Source of the DNA: a virus
Lineage: Duplodnaviria; Heunggongvirae; Uroviricota; Caudoviricetes
Reading direction: 5' to 3' (one strand)
DNA length: 11,449 nt
Virus record (IMG/VR): IMGVR_UViG_2711768062_000006
In this document: piece after piece, positions 1-7,118 of the stretch
Layout: each line of letters starts with the position of its first letter
How positions within the stretch are numbered: position 1 is the stretch's first letter
Translations under genes and position numbers: made by a program
Notes under the pieces: model-generated
What the model was told of the DNA's origin: nothing
Seen by the model: the letters and a program-made list of their open reading frames with translations, nothing else
The model's database searches: none

Positions 1-1284
1 TTACTTCTTCGCCTCTGCAACCACTTTGCTACCCACGCCGCGATTATTGTATTCCCACATGCGGTTGTAGTTAGTGTCATTCAGATTGCGCTGTATTTCG
101 TCGCTATCGTCAACGCTGCCGGTATTACCCGCAAATGGACGATTGGAAATCACCGCATCGCCCCACGGTTTAACCGTGTTAAAACCTTCGTTGATGGCGC
201 TATCACGGATCACCACCTGACCGTTGGTATTGGCATCAACATCCAGCGAGCGGCCCAGTTGTGCCACGCCATCACCGGAAGCATTGAAACGGCTGTTTAC
301 GGCGAGGAAACCGTAATAGATGTTGGACAGCGTAGCCGGTGCAAACACATACGCTTCTTGCTGAGTACGTGAGTTCACCACGCGGAATTCGGTGTTATCG
401 AACACCACTGCGCCGCGACCAGAAACGATATCCACATCCCCTTCAATATAGCTGTTGGTCACCAGCGTACGCGGCTGACGGTTGGTTTCCAGACGGTTCT
501 GCACACCGCTGTTGGTGACAAAGAAGGTGTTCTGACGACCGAGAATGTTAACGTTGTTAATCTGTACCTGGTCACCATCAGTACGCAGTGCCACCGCCGG
601 ATGGTTACCTGCATCTACGCTATCGCCCAGCGTGTTTTCGATGGTCAGATTTTGCAGTTGCAGGCCATTGTTTTGTGACCAGAAGACCGCAGAGCAGAGA
701 ACACCGATACTGTCGCTGCGTTTGCTCTGGCAGCTATCGTACATATACCACGCTGGTTTACCTGGCATATATTTGCCGCGCGGGTTGACGTCGTGACGCC
801 AGTCGGTAGGGCTCATGCCACCATCAAGGGAAAGCCCAATCTTCACATCAATCGGTTTTTCACCTGTACCGTACAGAGTAATTCCACCCGGAGCGGCAGG
901 GACATATACCGTTCCCTGATACTCACCAGGCATCACGGCAATATACTGGCGCTTGTTGGTACGCTTGATAATTGCCGCATCTACCGCCGCCTGAATCGTG
1001 GTATGCGTTACACCTTGAGTGCCCGCCGGGCCGACAACAAATTCAGGTTGCGCAGGCAGGGTAATCGGGGAAGGATTCCACGCTGCAGCACCTGGTGTCA
1101 GGGATGCAAAATAGTGTTGAGCATCGAAATTCTGCGCTTCTTTTGCCGACAGAATCGGGCGAGAAGAGGTACCAGGCGCGGTTTGATCAGAAGGACGTTG
1201 ATCGGGCGGGGTTGAGCTACAGGCGGTCAGCGTCACGCCAAAAGCCAATGCCAGCGCCAGACGGGAAACTGAAAATGTGTTCAC
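1..1284 (-). CDS. ybhC: Host outer-membrane lipoprotein YbhC (pectinesterase-family, putative acyl-CoA thioesterase); complete, 427 aa
   Basis: Full-length minus-strand ORF with GTG start at 1284-1282 and TAA stop at 3-1. N-terminus MNTFSVSRLALALAFGVTLTACSS has a lipoprotein signal peptide with lipobox LTAC. Recalled as E. coli YbhC, the gene that flanks lambda attB on the gal side. Identity is from memory, not a search. Confidence 0.85.
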   Translation of the reverse strand: MNTFSVSRLALALAFGVTLTACSSTPPDQRPSDQTAPGTSSRPILSAKEAQNFDAQHYFASLTPGAAAWNPSPITLPAQPEFVVGPAGTQGVTHTTIQAAVDAAIIKRTNKRQYIAVMPGEYQGTVYVPAAPGGITLYGTGEKPIDVKIGLSLDGGMSPTDWRHDVNPRGKYMPGKPAWYMYDSCQSKRSDSIGVLCSAVFWSQNNGLQLQNLTIENTLGDSVDAGNHPAVALRTDGDQVQINNVNILGRQNTFFVTNSGVQNRLETNRQPRTLVTNSYIEGDVDIVSGRGAVVFDNTEFRVVNSRTQQEAYVFAPATLSNIYYGFLAVNSRFNASGDGVAQLGRSLDVDANTNGQVVIRDSAINEGFNTVKPWGDAVISNRPFAGNTGSVDDSDEIQRNLNDTNYNRMWEYNNRGVGSKVVAEAKK

Positions 1285-1330
1285 AGGTTGCTCCGGGCTA
1301 TGAAATAGAAAAATGAATCCGTTGAAGCCT

Positions 1331-1345
1331 GCTTTTTTATACTAA
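1331..1345. other. attL core (common core O) of the lambda-type attachment site
   Basis: Exact 15-bp lambda core GCTTTTTTATACTAA. Left flank is host (ybhC side, B arm); right flank continues as the lambda P' arm (GTTGGCATTATAAAAAAGCATTGCTTATCAATTTGTTGCAACGAACAGGTCACTATCAGTCAAAATAAAATCATTATTTG). B-O-P' order with int immediately following defines attL. Confidence 0.9.
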
Positions 1346-1418
1346 GTTGGCATTATAAAAAAGCATTGCTTATCAATTTGTTGCAACGAACAGGTCACTA
1401 TCAGTCAAAATAAAATCA
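1346..1418. promoter_or_regulatory. attP P' arm: IHF H'-like site (TATCAATTTGTTG) and Int arm-type sites (AGGTCACTAT, CAGTCAAAAT, AAAATCATTA)
   Basis: Sequence matches the recalled lambda P' arm. IHF consensus WATCAANNNNTTR and arm-type consensus C/AAGTCACTAT are both visible. Confidence 0.75.
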
Positions 1419-2489
1419 TTATTTGATTTCAATTTTGTCCCACTCCCTGCCTCTGTCATCACGATACTGTGATGCCATGGTGTCCGACTTATGCCCGAGA
1501 AGATGTTGAGCAAACTTATCGCTTATCTGCTTCTCATAGAGTCTTGCAGACAAACTGCGCAACTCGTGAAAGGTAGGCGGATCCCCTTCGAAGGAAAGAC
1601 CTGATGCTTTTCGTGCGCGCATAAAATACCTTGATACTGTGCCGGATGAAAGCGGTTCACGACGAGTAGATGCAATTATGGTTTCTCCGCCAAGAATCTC
1701 TTTGCATTTATCAAGTGTTTCCTTCATTGATATCCCGAGAGCATCAACATGCAATGTTGTTGGGATGGCAATTTTTACGCCTGTTTTGCTTTGCTCGACA
1801 TAAAGATATCCATCTACGATATCAGACCACTTCATTTCGCATAAATCACCAACTCGTTGCCCGGTAACAACAGCCAGTTCCATTGCAAGTCTGAGCCAAC
1901 ATGGTGATGATTCTGCTGCTTGATAAATTTTCAGGTATTCGTCAGCCGTAAGTCTTGATCTCCTTACCTCTGATTTTGCTGCGCGAGTGGCAGCGACAGG
2001 GTTTGTTGTTATATGGCCTTCAGCTATTGCCTCTCGGAATGCATCGCTCAGTGTTGATCTGATTAACTTGGCTGACGCCGCCTTGCCCTCGTCTATGTAT
2101 CCATTGAGCATTGCCGCAATTTCTTTTGTGGTGATGTCTTCAAGTGGAGCATCAGGCAGACCCCTCCTTATTGCTTTAATTTTGCTCATGTAATTTATGA
2201 GTGTCTTCTGCTTGATTCCTCTGCTGGCCAGGATTTTTTCGTAGCGATCAAGCCATGAATGTAACGTAACGGAATTATCACTGTTGATTCTCGCTGTCAG
2301 AGGCTTGTGTTTGTGTCCTGAAAATAACTCAATGTTGGCCTGTATGGCTTCAGTGATTGCGATTCGCCTGTCTCTGCCTAATCCAAACTCTTTACCCGTC
2401 CTTGGGTCCCTGTAGCAGTAATATCCATTGTTTCTTATATAAAGGTTAGGGGGTAAATCCCGGCGCTCATGACTTCGCCTTCTTCCCAT
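1419..2489 (-). CDS. int: Integrase, tyrosine recombinase (lambda Int, 356 aa)
   Basis: ORF-track protein MGRRRSHERRDLPPNLYIRNNGYYCYRD...HLLGHKSDTMASQYRDDRGREWDKIEIK matches recalled lambda Int almost residue for residue. Sits directly next to the P' arm. Confidence 0.97.
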   Translation of the reverse strand: MGRRRSHERRDLPPNLYIRNNGYYCYRDPRTGKEFGLGRDRRIAITEAIQANIELFSGHKHKPLTARINSDNSVTLHSWLDRYEKILASRGIKQKTLINYMSKIKAIRRGLPDAPLEDITTKEIAAMLNGYIDEGKAASAKLIRSTLSDAFREAIAEGHITTNPVAATRAAKSEVRRSRLTADEYLKIYQAAESSPCWLRLAMELAVVTGQRVGDLCEMKWSDIVDGYLYVEQSKTGVKIAIPTTLHVDALGISMKETLDKCKEILGGETIIASTRREPLSSGTVSRYFMRARKASGLSFEGDPPTFHELRSLSARLYEKQISDKFAQHLLGHKSDTMASQYRDDRGREWDKIEIK

Positions 2490-2685
2490 TTCTGATCCTC
2501 TTCAAAAGGCTACCTGTTACTGGTCGATTTAAGTCAACCTTTACCGCTGATTCGTGGAACAGATACTCTCTTCCATCCTTAACCGGAGGAGGGAATATCC
2601 TGCACTCGCGTACCCATCGACGAACTGTTTCAAGGCTTCTTGGGCGTCGCTGGCGTGCGTTCCACTCCTGAAGTGTCAAGTACAT
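2467..2685 (-). CDS. xis: Excisionase (lambda Xis, 72 aa)
   Basis: MYLTLQEWNARQRRPRSLETVRRWVRECRIFPPPVKDGREYLFHESAVKVDLNRPVTGSLLKRIRNGKKAKS matches recalled lambda Xis. Its 3' end overlaps the int start by 23 nt, as in lambda. Confidence 0.95.
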   Translation of the reverse strand: MYLTLQEWNARQRRPRSLETVRRWVRECRIFPPPVKDGREYLFHESAVKVDLNRPVTGSLLKRIRNGKKAKS

Positions 2686-2710
2686 CGCAAAGTCTCCGCA
2701 ATTACACGCA

Positions 2711-2732
2711 AGAAAAAACCGCCATCAGGCGG
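2711..2732 (-). terminator. Candidate intrinsic terminator on the minus strand, overlapping the stop codon of the 55-aa ORF
   Basis: Read on the minus strand: CCGCC-UGAU-GGCGG hairpin (plus 2719-2732) followed by UUUUUUCU (plus 2711-2718). The TGA stop lies in the loop. Confidence 0.45.
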
Positions 2733-2892
2733 CTTGGTGTTCTTTCAGTTCTTCAATTCGAATATTGGTTACGTCTGCATGTGCTATCTGCGCCCACAGC
2801 ATCCAGTGGTCATAGCAGTCGCTGATGTTCTCGGCTTCGATAACTCTGTTGAATGGTTCTCCATTCCATTCACCTGTGACTCGGAAGTGCAT
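2725..2892 (-). CDS. Small hypothetical protein, 55 aa, at the position of lambda orf-55 downstream of xis
   Basis: ATG at 2892-2890, TGA at 2727-2725; translation MHFRVTGEWNGEPFNRVIEAENISDCYDHWMLWAQIAHADVTNIRIEELKEHQAA. Below the ORF-track length cutoff. The 40-bp gap to xis matches my memory of lambda. Confidence 0.6.
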   Translation of the reverse strand: MHFRVTGEWNGEPFNRVIEAENISDCYDHWMLWAQIAHADVTNIRIEELKEHQAA

Positions 2893-3134
2893 TTATCATC
2901 TCCATAAAACAAAACCCGCCGTAGCGAGTTCAGATAAAAGAAATCCTCGTCAGTGCGAGGATGCTGTTCATTGCTGCTATACACTTTTTTGCTCTCAACG
3001 TAAGCGGTAGCCCATTCTGTTGGGTTGGTGCAGTTGCTTTTAGGAAATGCTATTTACCCCTTAAATGTCGGCTGAAAGAGCTAAAATCCATGCAAAAAAT
3101 TTACGCAATTTTGTGTATTATTGTGCAGTAAGTA

Positions 3135-3737
3135 ATGAGCTATTTTCTGCGCAAAAAATGGATGGTAAATTTGTCCGGGTCAGGAAAAATTTTATGGGCG
3201 CTAAACATGAAAAAAGATTCGTATCCTTATTTGATTTGCATGACAGTTTCAGGGCTGATCTTTATTTTCCTTTTCTTCTGGTGGCGGGCAGATATCTACA
3301 GGGTCACGTTTCTTAATCAGAGTATATCCCACTATTACATTCTGTTTAGCATGGGAATAGCTTTTCTGTTATCTCTGTTTTGGGTTAAGAAGGGGATAGT
3401 AAAACAAAGAGGCTGGAAGAGTCTGTCAGCATACCTTAAGGTTTATGCAGGGATGTGCATATTTGCTGGATTTTTTCTGATTATACCCCTTACGACACTA
3501 ACTTATTTTTTGCCTGGAGAGACATCGTCTTATGTTGCACCGTATCGGTATACTTCCGGTAGTTCAAAAAGTTGTTCTGGAGCTGAGGTGGATGACCCCG
3601 ATCTACATGAGAATATTCGCATTTGCTATCCGTATGGCAATTATGAGTACGATAATATTATCTATGTTGAAAAGAAAATTAATATATTAGGTGCGGTAGT
3701 GACATATGCACAGACCGCGCGTGATGATACTGAATGA
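3135..3737 (+). CDS. Unrecognised integral-membrane protein (up to 200 aa): three predicted TM helices plus a ~75-aa Cys-containing C-terminal domain, in an AT-rich insert
   Basis: Long ORF in a region visibly more AT-rich than its flanks. Hydrophobic segments YLICMTVSGLIFIFLFFWW, ISHYYILFSMGIAFLLSLFWV and VYAGMCIFAGFFLIIPLTTLTYFL. Lysine/arginine-rich loops (MKKDS, KKGIVKQRGWKS) suggest N-in topology with the C-terminal domain outside. Start is uncertain: in-frame ATGs at 3135, 3162 and 3207, none with a clear Shine-Dalgarno. It is the only plus-strand gene inside the minus-strand early-left operon. Confidence 0.65.
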   Translation: MSYFLRKKWMVNLSGSGKILWALNMKKDSYPYLICMTVSGLIFIFLFFWWRADIYRVTFLNQSISHYYILFSMGIAFLLSLFWVKKGIVKQRGWKSLSAYLKVYAGMCIFAGFFLIIPLTTLTYFLPGETSSYVAPYRYTSGSSKSCSGAEVDDPDLHENIRICYPYGNYEYDNIIYVEKKINILGAVVTYAQTARDDTE

Positions 3738-3771
3738 TATAGTATATAGCGGGCAAGTTTTAGTTAATTTA

Positions 3772-3795
3772 TCGAGGTAATATAATTTACCTCGA
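3772..3795 (+). terminator. Candidate intrinsic terminator for the membrane-protein gene
   Basis: Perfect 9-bp inverted repeat TCGAGGTAA / TTACCTCGA (3772-3780 and 3787-3795) with 6-nt loop TATAAT, 35 nt after the TGA stop, followed by CTCGTTTGTTCT. Confidence 0.5.
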
Positions 3796-3947
3796 CTCGT
3801 TTGTTCTGGTATTAATATTTCGCTTTACGACCGATTTTTATCTGATGATATCATGCGGTTTTCATATACTGACTTACTGTCTTTTCTCCGTTAGCGATTT
3901 TCTCCTGCTCAGCGATGATTTTATCTTTGGCTTCTAGTTAATTTCGC

Positions 3948-4169
3948 TCACTTCGAACCTCTCTGTTTACTGATAAGCTCCAGATCCTCCTGGCAACTTG
4001 CACAAGTCCGACAACCCTGAACGACCAGGCGTCTTCGTTCATCTATCGGATCGCCACACTCACAACAATGAGTGGCAGATATAGCCTGGTGGTTCAGGCG
4101 GCGCATTTTTATTGCTGTGTTGCGCTGTAATTCTTCAATTTCTGATGCTGAATCAATGATGTCTGCCAT
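3948..4169 (-). CDS. TraR/DksA-family C4 zinc-finger protein, 73 aa (lambda orf73-like)
   Basis: ATG at 4169-4167. Cys pairs CCECG...CRTCASC are typical of the TraR/DksA zinc finger. Length and position fit the recalled lambda TraR homolog. Confidence 0.75.
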   Translation of the reverse strand: MADIIDSASEIEELQRNTAIKMRRLNHQAISATHCCECGDPIDERRRLVVQGCRTCASCQEDLELISKQRGSK

Positions 4170-4222
4170 CTTCCATTAATCCCTGAATTGTTGGTTAATA
4201 CGCTTGAGGGTGAATGCGAATA

Positions 4223-4245
4223 ATAAAAAAGGAGCCTGTAGCTCC
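4223..4245 (-). terminator. Candidate intrinsic terminator inside the leftward operon, between the 103-aa ORF and the TraR-like ORF
   Basis: Read on the minus strand: GGAGC-UACAG-GCUCC hairpin (plus 4231-4245) followed by UUUUUUAUUAUU (plus 4219-4230). Confidence 0.5.
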
Positions 4246-4267
4246 CTGATGATTTTGCTTTTCATGT

Positions 4268-4579
4268 TCATCGTTCCTTAAAGACGCCGTTTAACATGCC
4301 GATTGCCAGGCTTAAATGAGTCGGTGTGAATCCCATCAGCGTTACCGTTTCGCGGTGCTTCTTCAGTACGCTACGGCAAATGTCATCGACGTTTTTATCC
4401 GGAAACTGCTGTCTGGCTTTTTTGATTTCAGAATTAGCCTGACGGGCAATGCTGCGAAGGGCGTTTTCCTGCTGAGGTGTCATTGAACAAGTCCCATGTC
4501 GGCAAGCATAAGCACACAGAATATGAAGCCCGCTGCCAGAAAAATGCATTCCGTGGTTGTTATACCTGGTCTCTCTCAT
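4268..4579 (-). CDS. Small early-left hypothetical protein, 103 aa, at the lambda orf61 position
   Basis: ATG at 4579-4577. Overlaps the upstream ORF by 20 nt, as I recall for lambda orf61/orf63. It is longer than lambda's 61-aa ORF. Confidence 0.5.
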   Translation of the reverse strand: MRETRYNNHGMHFSGSGLHILCAYACRHGTCSMTPQQENALRSIARQANSEIKKARQQFPDKNVDDICRSVLKKHRETVTLMGFTPTHLSLAIGMLNGVFKER

Positions 4580-4751
4580 CTGCTTCTGCTTTCGCCACCA
4601 TCATTTCCAGCTTTTGTGAAAGGGATGCGGCTAACGTATGAAATTCTTCGTCTGTTTCTACTGGTATTGGCACAAACCTGACTCCAATTTGAGCGAGGCT
4701 ATGTGCCATCTCGATACTCGTTCTTAACTCAACGGGAGATGCTTTGTGCAT
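4560..4751 (-). CDS. Small early-left hypothetical protein, 63 aa (lambda orf63-like by length and position)
   Basis: ATG at 4751-4749 preceded by GGGGAG at 5-nt spacing. [63 protein letters not shown]. Confidence 0.6.
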   Translation of the reverse strand: MHKASPVELRTSIEMAHSLAQIGVRFVPIPVETDEEFHTLAASLSQKLEMMVAKAEADERDQV

Positions 4752-4906
4752 ACAGCTCCCCGTTTATTATTTATCTCCTCAGCCAGCCGCTGTGCTTTCA
4801 GGGGATTTCGGATAACAGAAAGGCCGGGAAATACCCAGCCTCGCTTCGTAACGGAGTAGACGAAAGTGATCGTGCCTACGCGGATATTATCGTGAGGATG
4901 TTTCAT
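4724..4906 (-). CDS. Small early-left hypothetical protein, 60 aa from the second ATG (lambda orf60a-like)
   Basis: ORF track gives 62 aa from ATG 4912. The ATG at 4906 has a better-spaced GGGGAG and gives 60 aa. The ORF overlaps the 3' end of exo (by 4 nt from the 4906 start). Confidence 0.55.
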   Translation of the reverse strand: MKHPHDNIRVGTITFVYSVTKRGWVFPGLSVIRNPLKAQRLAEEINNKRGAVCTKHLPLS

Positions 4907-5583
4907 CGCCATTGCTCCCCAAATACAAAACCAATTTCAGCCAGTGCCTCGTCCATTTTTTCGATGAACTCCGGCACCATCTCGTCAAAACTCGCTATAT
5001 ACTTTTCATTCCGCTCAATCACGACATAATGCAGGCCTTCACGCTTCATACGCGGGTCATAGTTGGCAAAGTACCAGGCATCTTTTCGCGTCACCCACAT
5101 GCTGTACTGCACCTGGGCCATGTAAGCCGACTTTATGGCCTCGAAACCACCGAGCCGGAATTTCATGAAATCCCGGGAGGTAAACGGGCATTTCAGCTCA
5201 AGGCCATTGCCGTCACTGCATAAACCATCGGGAGAGCAGGCGGTGCGCATACTTTCGTCGCGATAGATGATCGGGGATTCAATAACATTTACGCCGGAAG
5301 TGAACTCAAACAGGGTTCTGGCGTCGTTCTCGTACTGTTTTCCCCAGGCCAGCGCTTTAGCGTTAACTTCCGGAGCCACACCGGTGCAAACCTCAGCCAG
5401 CAGGGTGTGGAAGTAGGACATTTTCATGTCAGGCCACTTCTTTCCTGATCGGGGCTTTGCTATCACGTTGTGAACTTCTGAAGCGGTGATGACGCCGAGC
5501 CGTAATTTGTGCCATGCATCATCCCCCTGTTCGACAGCTCTCACGTCGATCCCGGTACGCTGCAGGATAATGTCCGGTGTCAT
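4903..5583 (-). CDS. exo: Lambda exonuclease (Red-alpha), 226 aa
   Basis: [65 protein letters not shown]...FGEQWR matches recalled lambda Exo. Start overlaps the bet stop by 4 nt (ATGA). Confidence 0.97.
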   Translation of the reverse strand: MTPDIILQRTGIDVRAVEQGDDAWHKLRLGVITASEVHNVIAKPRSGKKWPDMKMSYFHTLLAEVCTGVAPEVNAKALAWGKQYENDARTLFEFTSGVNVIESPIIYRDESMRTACSPDGLCSDGNGLELKCPFTSRDFMKFRLGGFEAIKSAYMAQVQYSMWVTRKDAWYFANYDPRMKREGLHYVVIERNEKYIASFDEMVPEFIEKMDEALAEIGFVFGEQWR

Positions 5584-6365
5584 GCTGCCACCTTCTGCTC
5601 AGTGGCTTTCTGTTTCAGGAATCCAAGAGCTTTCACTGCTTCGGCCTGTGTCAGTTCTGACGATGCGCGAATGTCGCGGCGAAATATCTGGGAACAGAGC
5701 GGCAATAAGTCGTCATCCCATGTTTTATCCAGGGCGATCAGCAGAGTGTTAATCTCCTGCATGGTTTCATCGTTAACCGGAGTGATGTCGCGTTCCGGCT
5801 GACGTTCTGCAGTGTATGCAGTATTTTCGACAATGCGCTCGGCTTCATCCTTGTCATAGATACCAGCAAATCCGAAGGCCAGACGGGCACACTGAATCAT
5901 GGCTTTATGCCGTAACATCCGTTTGGGATGCGACTGCCACGGTCCGGTGATTTCTCTGCCTTCGCGGGTTTTGAATGGTTCGCGGCGGCATTCATCCATC
6001 CACTCGGTAACGCAGATCGGATGATTGCGGTCCTTGCGGTAAATCCGGCATGTGCAGGATTCGTTGTCCTGTTCAAAGTCCATGCCGTCAAACTGCTGGT
6101 TTTCGTTGATGATGCGGGACCAGCCATCAACGCCCACCACCGGAACGATGCCGTTCTGCTTATCAGGGAAGGCGTAAATTTCTTTCGTCCACGGATTAAG
6201 ACCGTACTGGTTGGCGACGATCAGCAATGCGATGAACTGCGCATCGCTGGCATCACCTTTAAATGCCGTCTGGCGAAGAGTGGTGATCAGTTCCTGTGGG
6301 TCGACAGAATCCATGCCGACTCGTTCAGCCAGCTTCCCAGCCAGCGTTGCGAGTGCTGTACTCAT
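5580..6365 (-). CDS. bet: Lambda Bet (Red-beta single-strand annealing protein), 261 aa
   Basis: [66 protein letters not shown]...EQKVAA matches recalled lambda Bet. Confidence 0.97.
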   Translation of the reverse strand: MSTALATLAGKLAERVGMDSVDPQELITTLRQTAFKGDASDAQFIALLIVANQYGLNPWTKEIYAFPDKQNGIVPVVGVDGWSRIINENQQFDGMDFEQDNESCTCRIYRKDRNHPICVTEWMDECRREPFKTREGREITGPWQSHPKRMLRHKAMIQCARLAFGFAGIYDKDEAERIVENTAYTAERQPERDITPVNDETMQEINTLLIALDKTWDDDLLPLCSQIFRRDIRASSELTQAEAVKALGFLKQKATEQKVAA

Positions 6366-6370
6366 CCGTT

Positions 6371-6667
6371 TTATACCTCTGAATCAATATCAACCTGGTG
6401 GTGAGCAATGGTTTCAACCATGTACCGGATGTGTTCTGCCATGCGCTCCTGAAACTCAACATCGTCATCAAACGCACGGGTAATGGCTTTTTTGCTGGCC
6501 CCGTGGCGTTGCAAATGATCGATGCATAGCGATTCAAACAGGTGCTGGGGCAGGCCTTTTTCCATGTCGTCTGCCAGTTCTGCCTCTTTCTCTTCACGGG
6601 CGATCTGCTGGTAGTGACGCACCCAGCTCTGAGCCTCAAGACGATCCTGAATGTAATAAGCGTTCAT
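6371..6667 (-). CDS. gam: Gam (RecBCD inhibitor), 98-aa short form only
   Basis: [60 protein letters not shown]...[10 protein letters not shown] matches recalled lambda Gam from its internal Met. AGGAG sits 7 nt upstream of the ATG. An in-frame TAA at plus 6722-6724 rules out a lambda-style 138-aa form. Confidence 0.93.
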   Translation of the reverse strand: MNAYYIQDRLEAQSWVRHYQQIAREEKEAELADDMEKGLPQHLFESLCIDHLQRHGASKKAITRAFDDDVEFQERMAEHIRYMVETIAHHQVDIDSEV

Positions 6668-6742
6668 GGCTGAACTCCTGAAAATGGCTGTGAAAATATC
6701 GCCCGCGAAATGCCAGGCTGATTAGAAAAACAGGAAAGGGGA

Positions 6743-6949
6743 TTAGTGATTCAGGCCGTTGCCGCGTCCGTCGAGAAAAACTTCCACGAGCAAGTCACGG
6801 GTATAAGTGCGCTCGATGCCGCGATGCAGATAAAGCCGTCCGCGTAAATTAGCTGATGCAGTCCAGGTACCATCTTTGTGTTTGACCAGCATTCCTGGCA
6901 TGACCGCACCGCGATTAACGGTCTGCGTTCCGTAATGTTGATGAACCAT
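6743..6949 (-). CDS. Hypothetical protein, 68 aa, at the kil position between pL and gam; identity not established
   Basis: ATG at 6949-6947 preceded by AGGAG (plus 6955-6959) and a 5-nt spacer. Protein MVHQHYGTQTVNRGAVMPGMLVKHKDGTWTASANLRGRLYLHRGIERTYTRDLLVEVFLDGRGNGLNH. I could not match it to lambda Kil from memory. Confidence 0.55.
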   Translation of the reverse strand: MVHQHYGTQTVNRGAVMPGMLVKHKDGTWTASANLRGRLYLHRGIERTYTRDLLVEVFLDGRGNGLNH

Positions 6950-7118
6950 AAAAACTCCTGCCCGTAAGCTGGGCTGCTGAACAAATGAGGGGTTGCGCAG
7001 TATCTGGCGGTGGATGGCCGCCGGTTGTCATAACTAAGCCGCCTTGTTGAAGCGACTGAGGTATGAGGTGTTGAGTTGATTTCAGCTGGTCACACCGACG
7101 TTCACGCGTCCGTTTCAC
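6915..7118 (-). CDS. Speculative short N-like ORF, 67 aa from GTG, with an arginine-rich N-terminus (MKRTRERRCDQ)
   Basis: GTG at 7118-7116 with GGGGAG 8 nt upstream. First gene-like frame after the pL-like promoter. N-terminal RTRERR resembles the arginine-rich motif of lambda N (recalled QTRRRERRAEKQAQW). It overlaps the next ORF by 35 nt and is far shorter than known N proteins. Confidence 0.25.
   Translation of the reverse strand: MKRTRERRCDQLKSTQHLIPQSLQQGGLVMTTGGHPPPDTAQPLICSAAQLTGRSFYGSSTLRNADR

Noticed and set aside
545-1316. Plus-strand ORFs 545-796, 588-788, 793-1215 and 1095-1316 (66 to 140 aa)
   Set aside because: All lie antisense within the well-supported ybhC coding region. 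Low-complexity, Arg/Cys-rich translations typical of antisense frames.
1300-1420. sib/tI retroregulation element near int
   Set aside because: In lambda, sib lies in the P arm on the other side of the core from int, so in a prophage it belongs at attR. Nothing on this side is expected to be sib.
1670-2193. Plus-strand ORFs 1670-1867 and 1987-2193
   Set aside because: Antisense within int, which matches lambda Int over its full length.
2554-3010. ORFs 2554-2907 (+), 2640-2825 (+), 2825-3010 (+) and 2784-2984 (-)
   Set aside because: They overlap xis and the 55-aa ORF in other frames or antisense. 2784-2984 starts with GTG and overlaps the 55-aa ORF by about 100 nt. No RBS support.
3065-3316. 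Plus-strand 83-aa ORF in an alternative frame over the start of the membrane-protein gene
   Set aside because: It lies out of frame over the first hydrophobic helix of the 200-aa ORF. An internal ATG at 3194 does have an AGGAAA 6 nt upstream, so a short upstream or leader peptide cannot be fully excluded, but the long TM-containing frame is the better gene.
4496-5029. Plus-strand ORFs 4496-4681, 4703-5029 and 4912-5223
   Set aside because: Antisense to the tightly packed minus-strand small ORFs and exo.
5486-6639. ORFs 5486-5752, 5509-5802, 5897-6130, 5928-6404, 6211-6483 and 6325-6639
   Set aside because: All lie inside exo, bet or gam in other frames or antisense.
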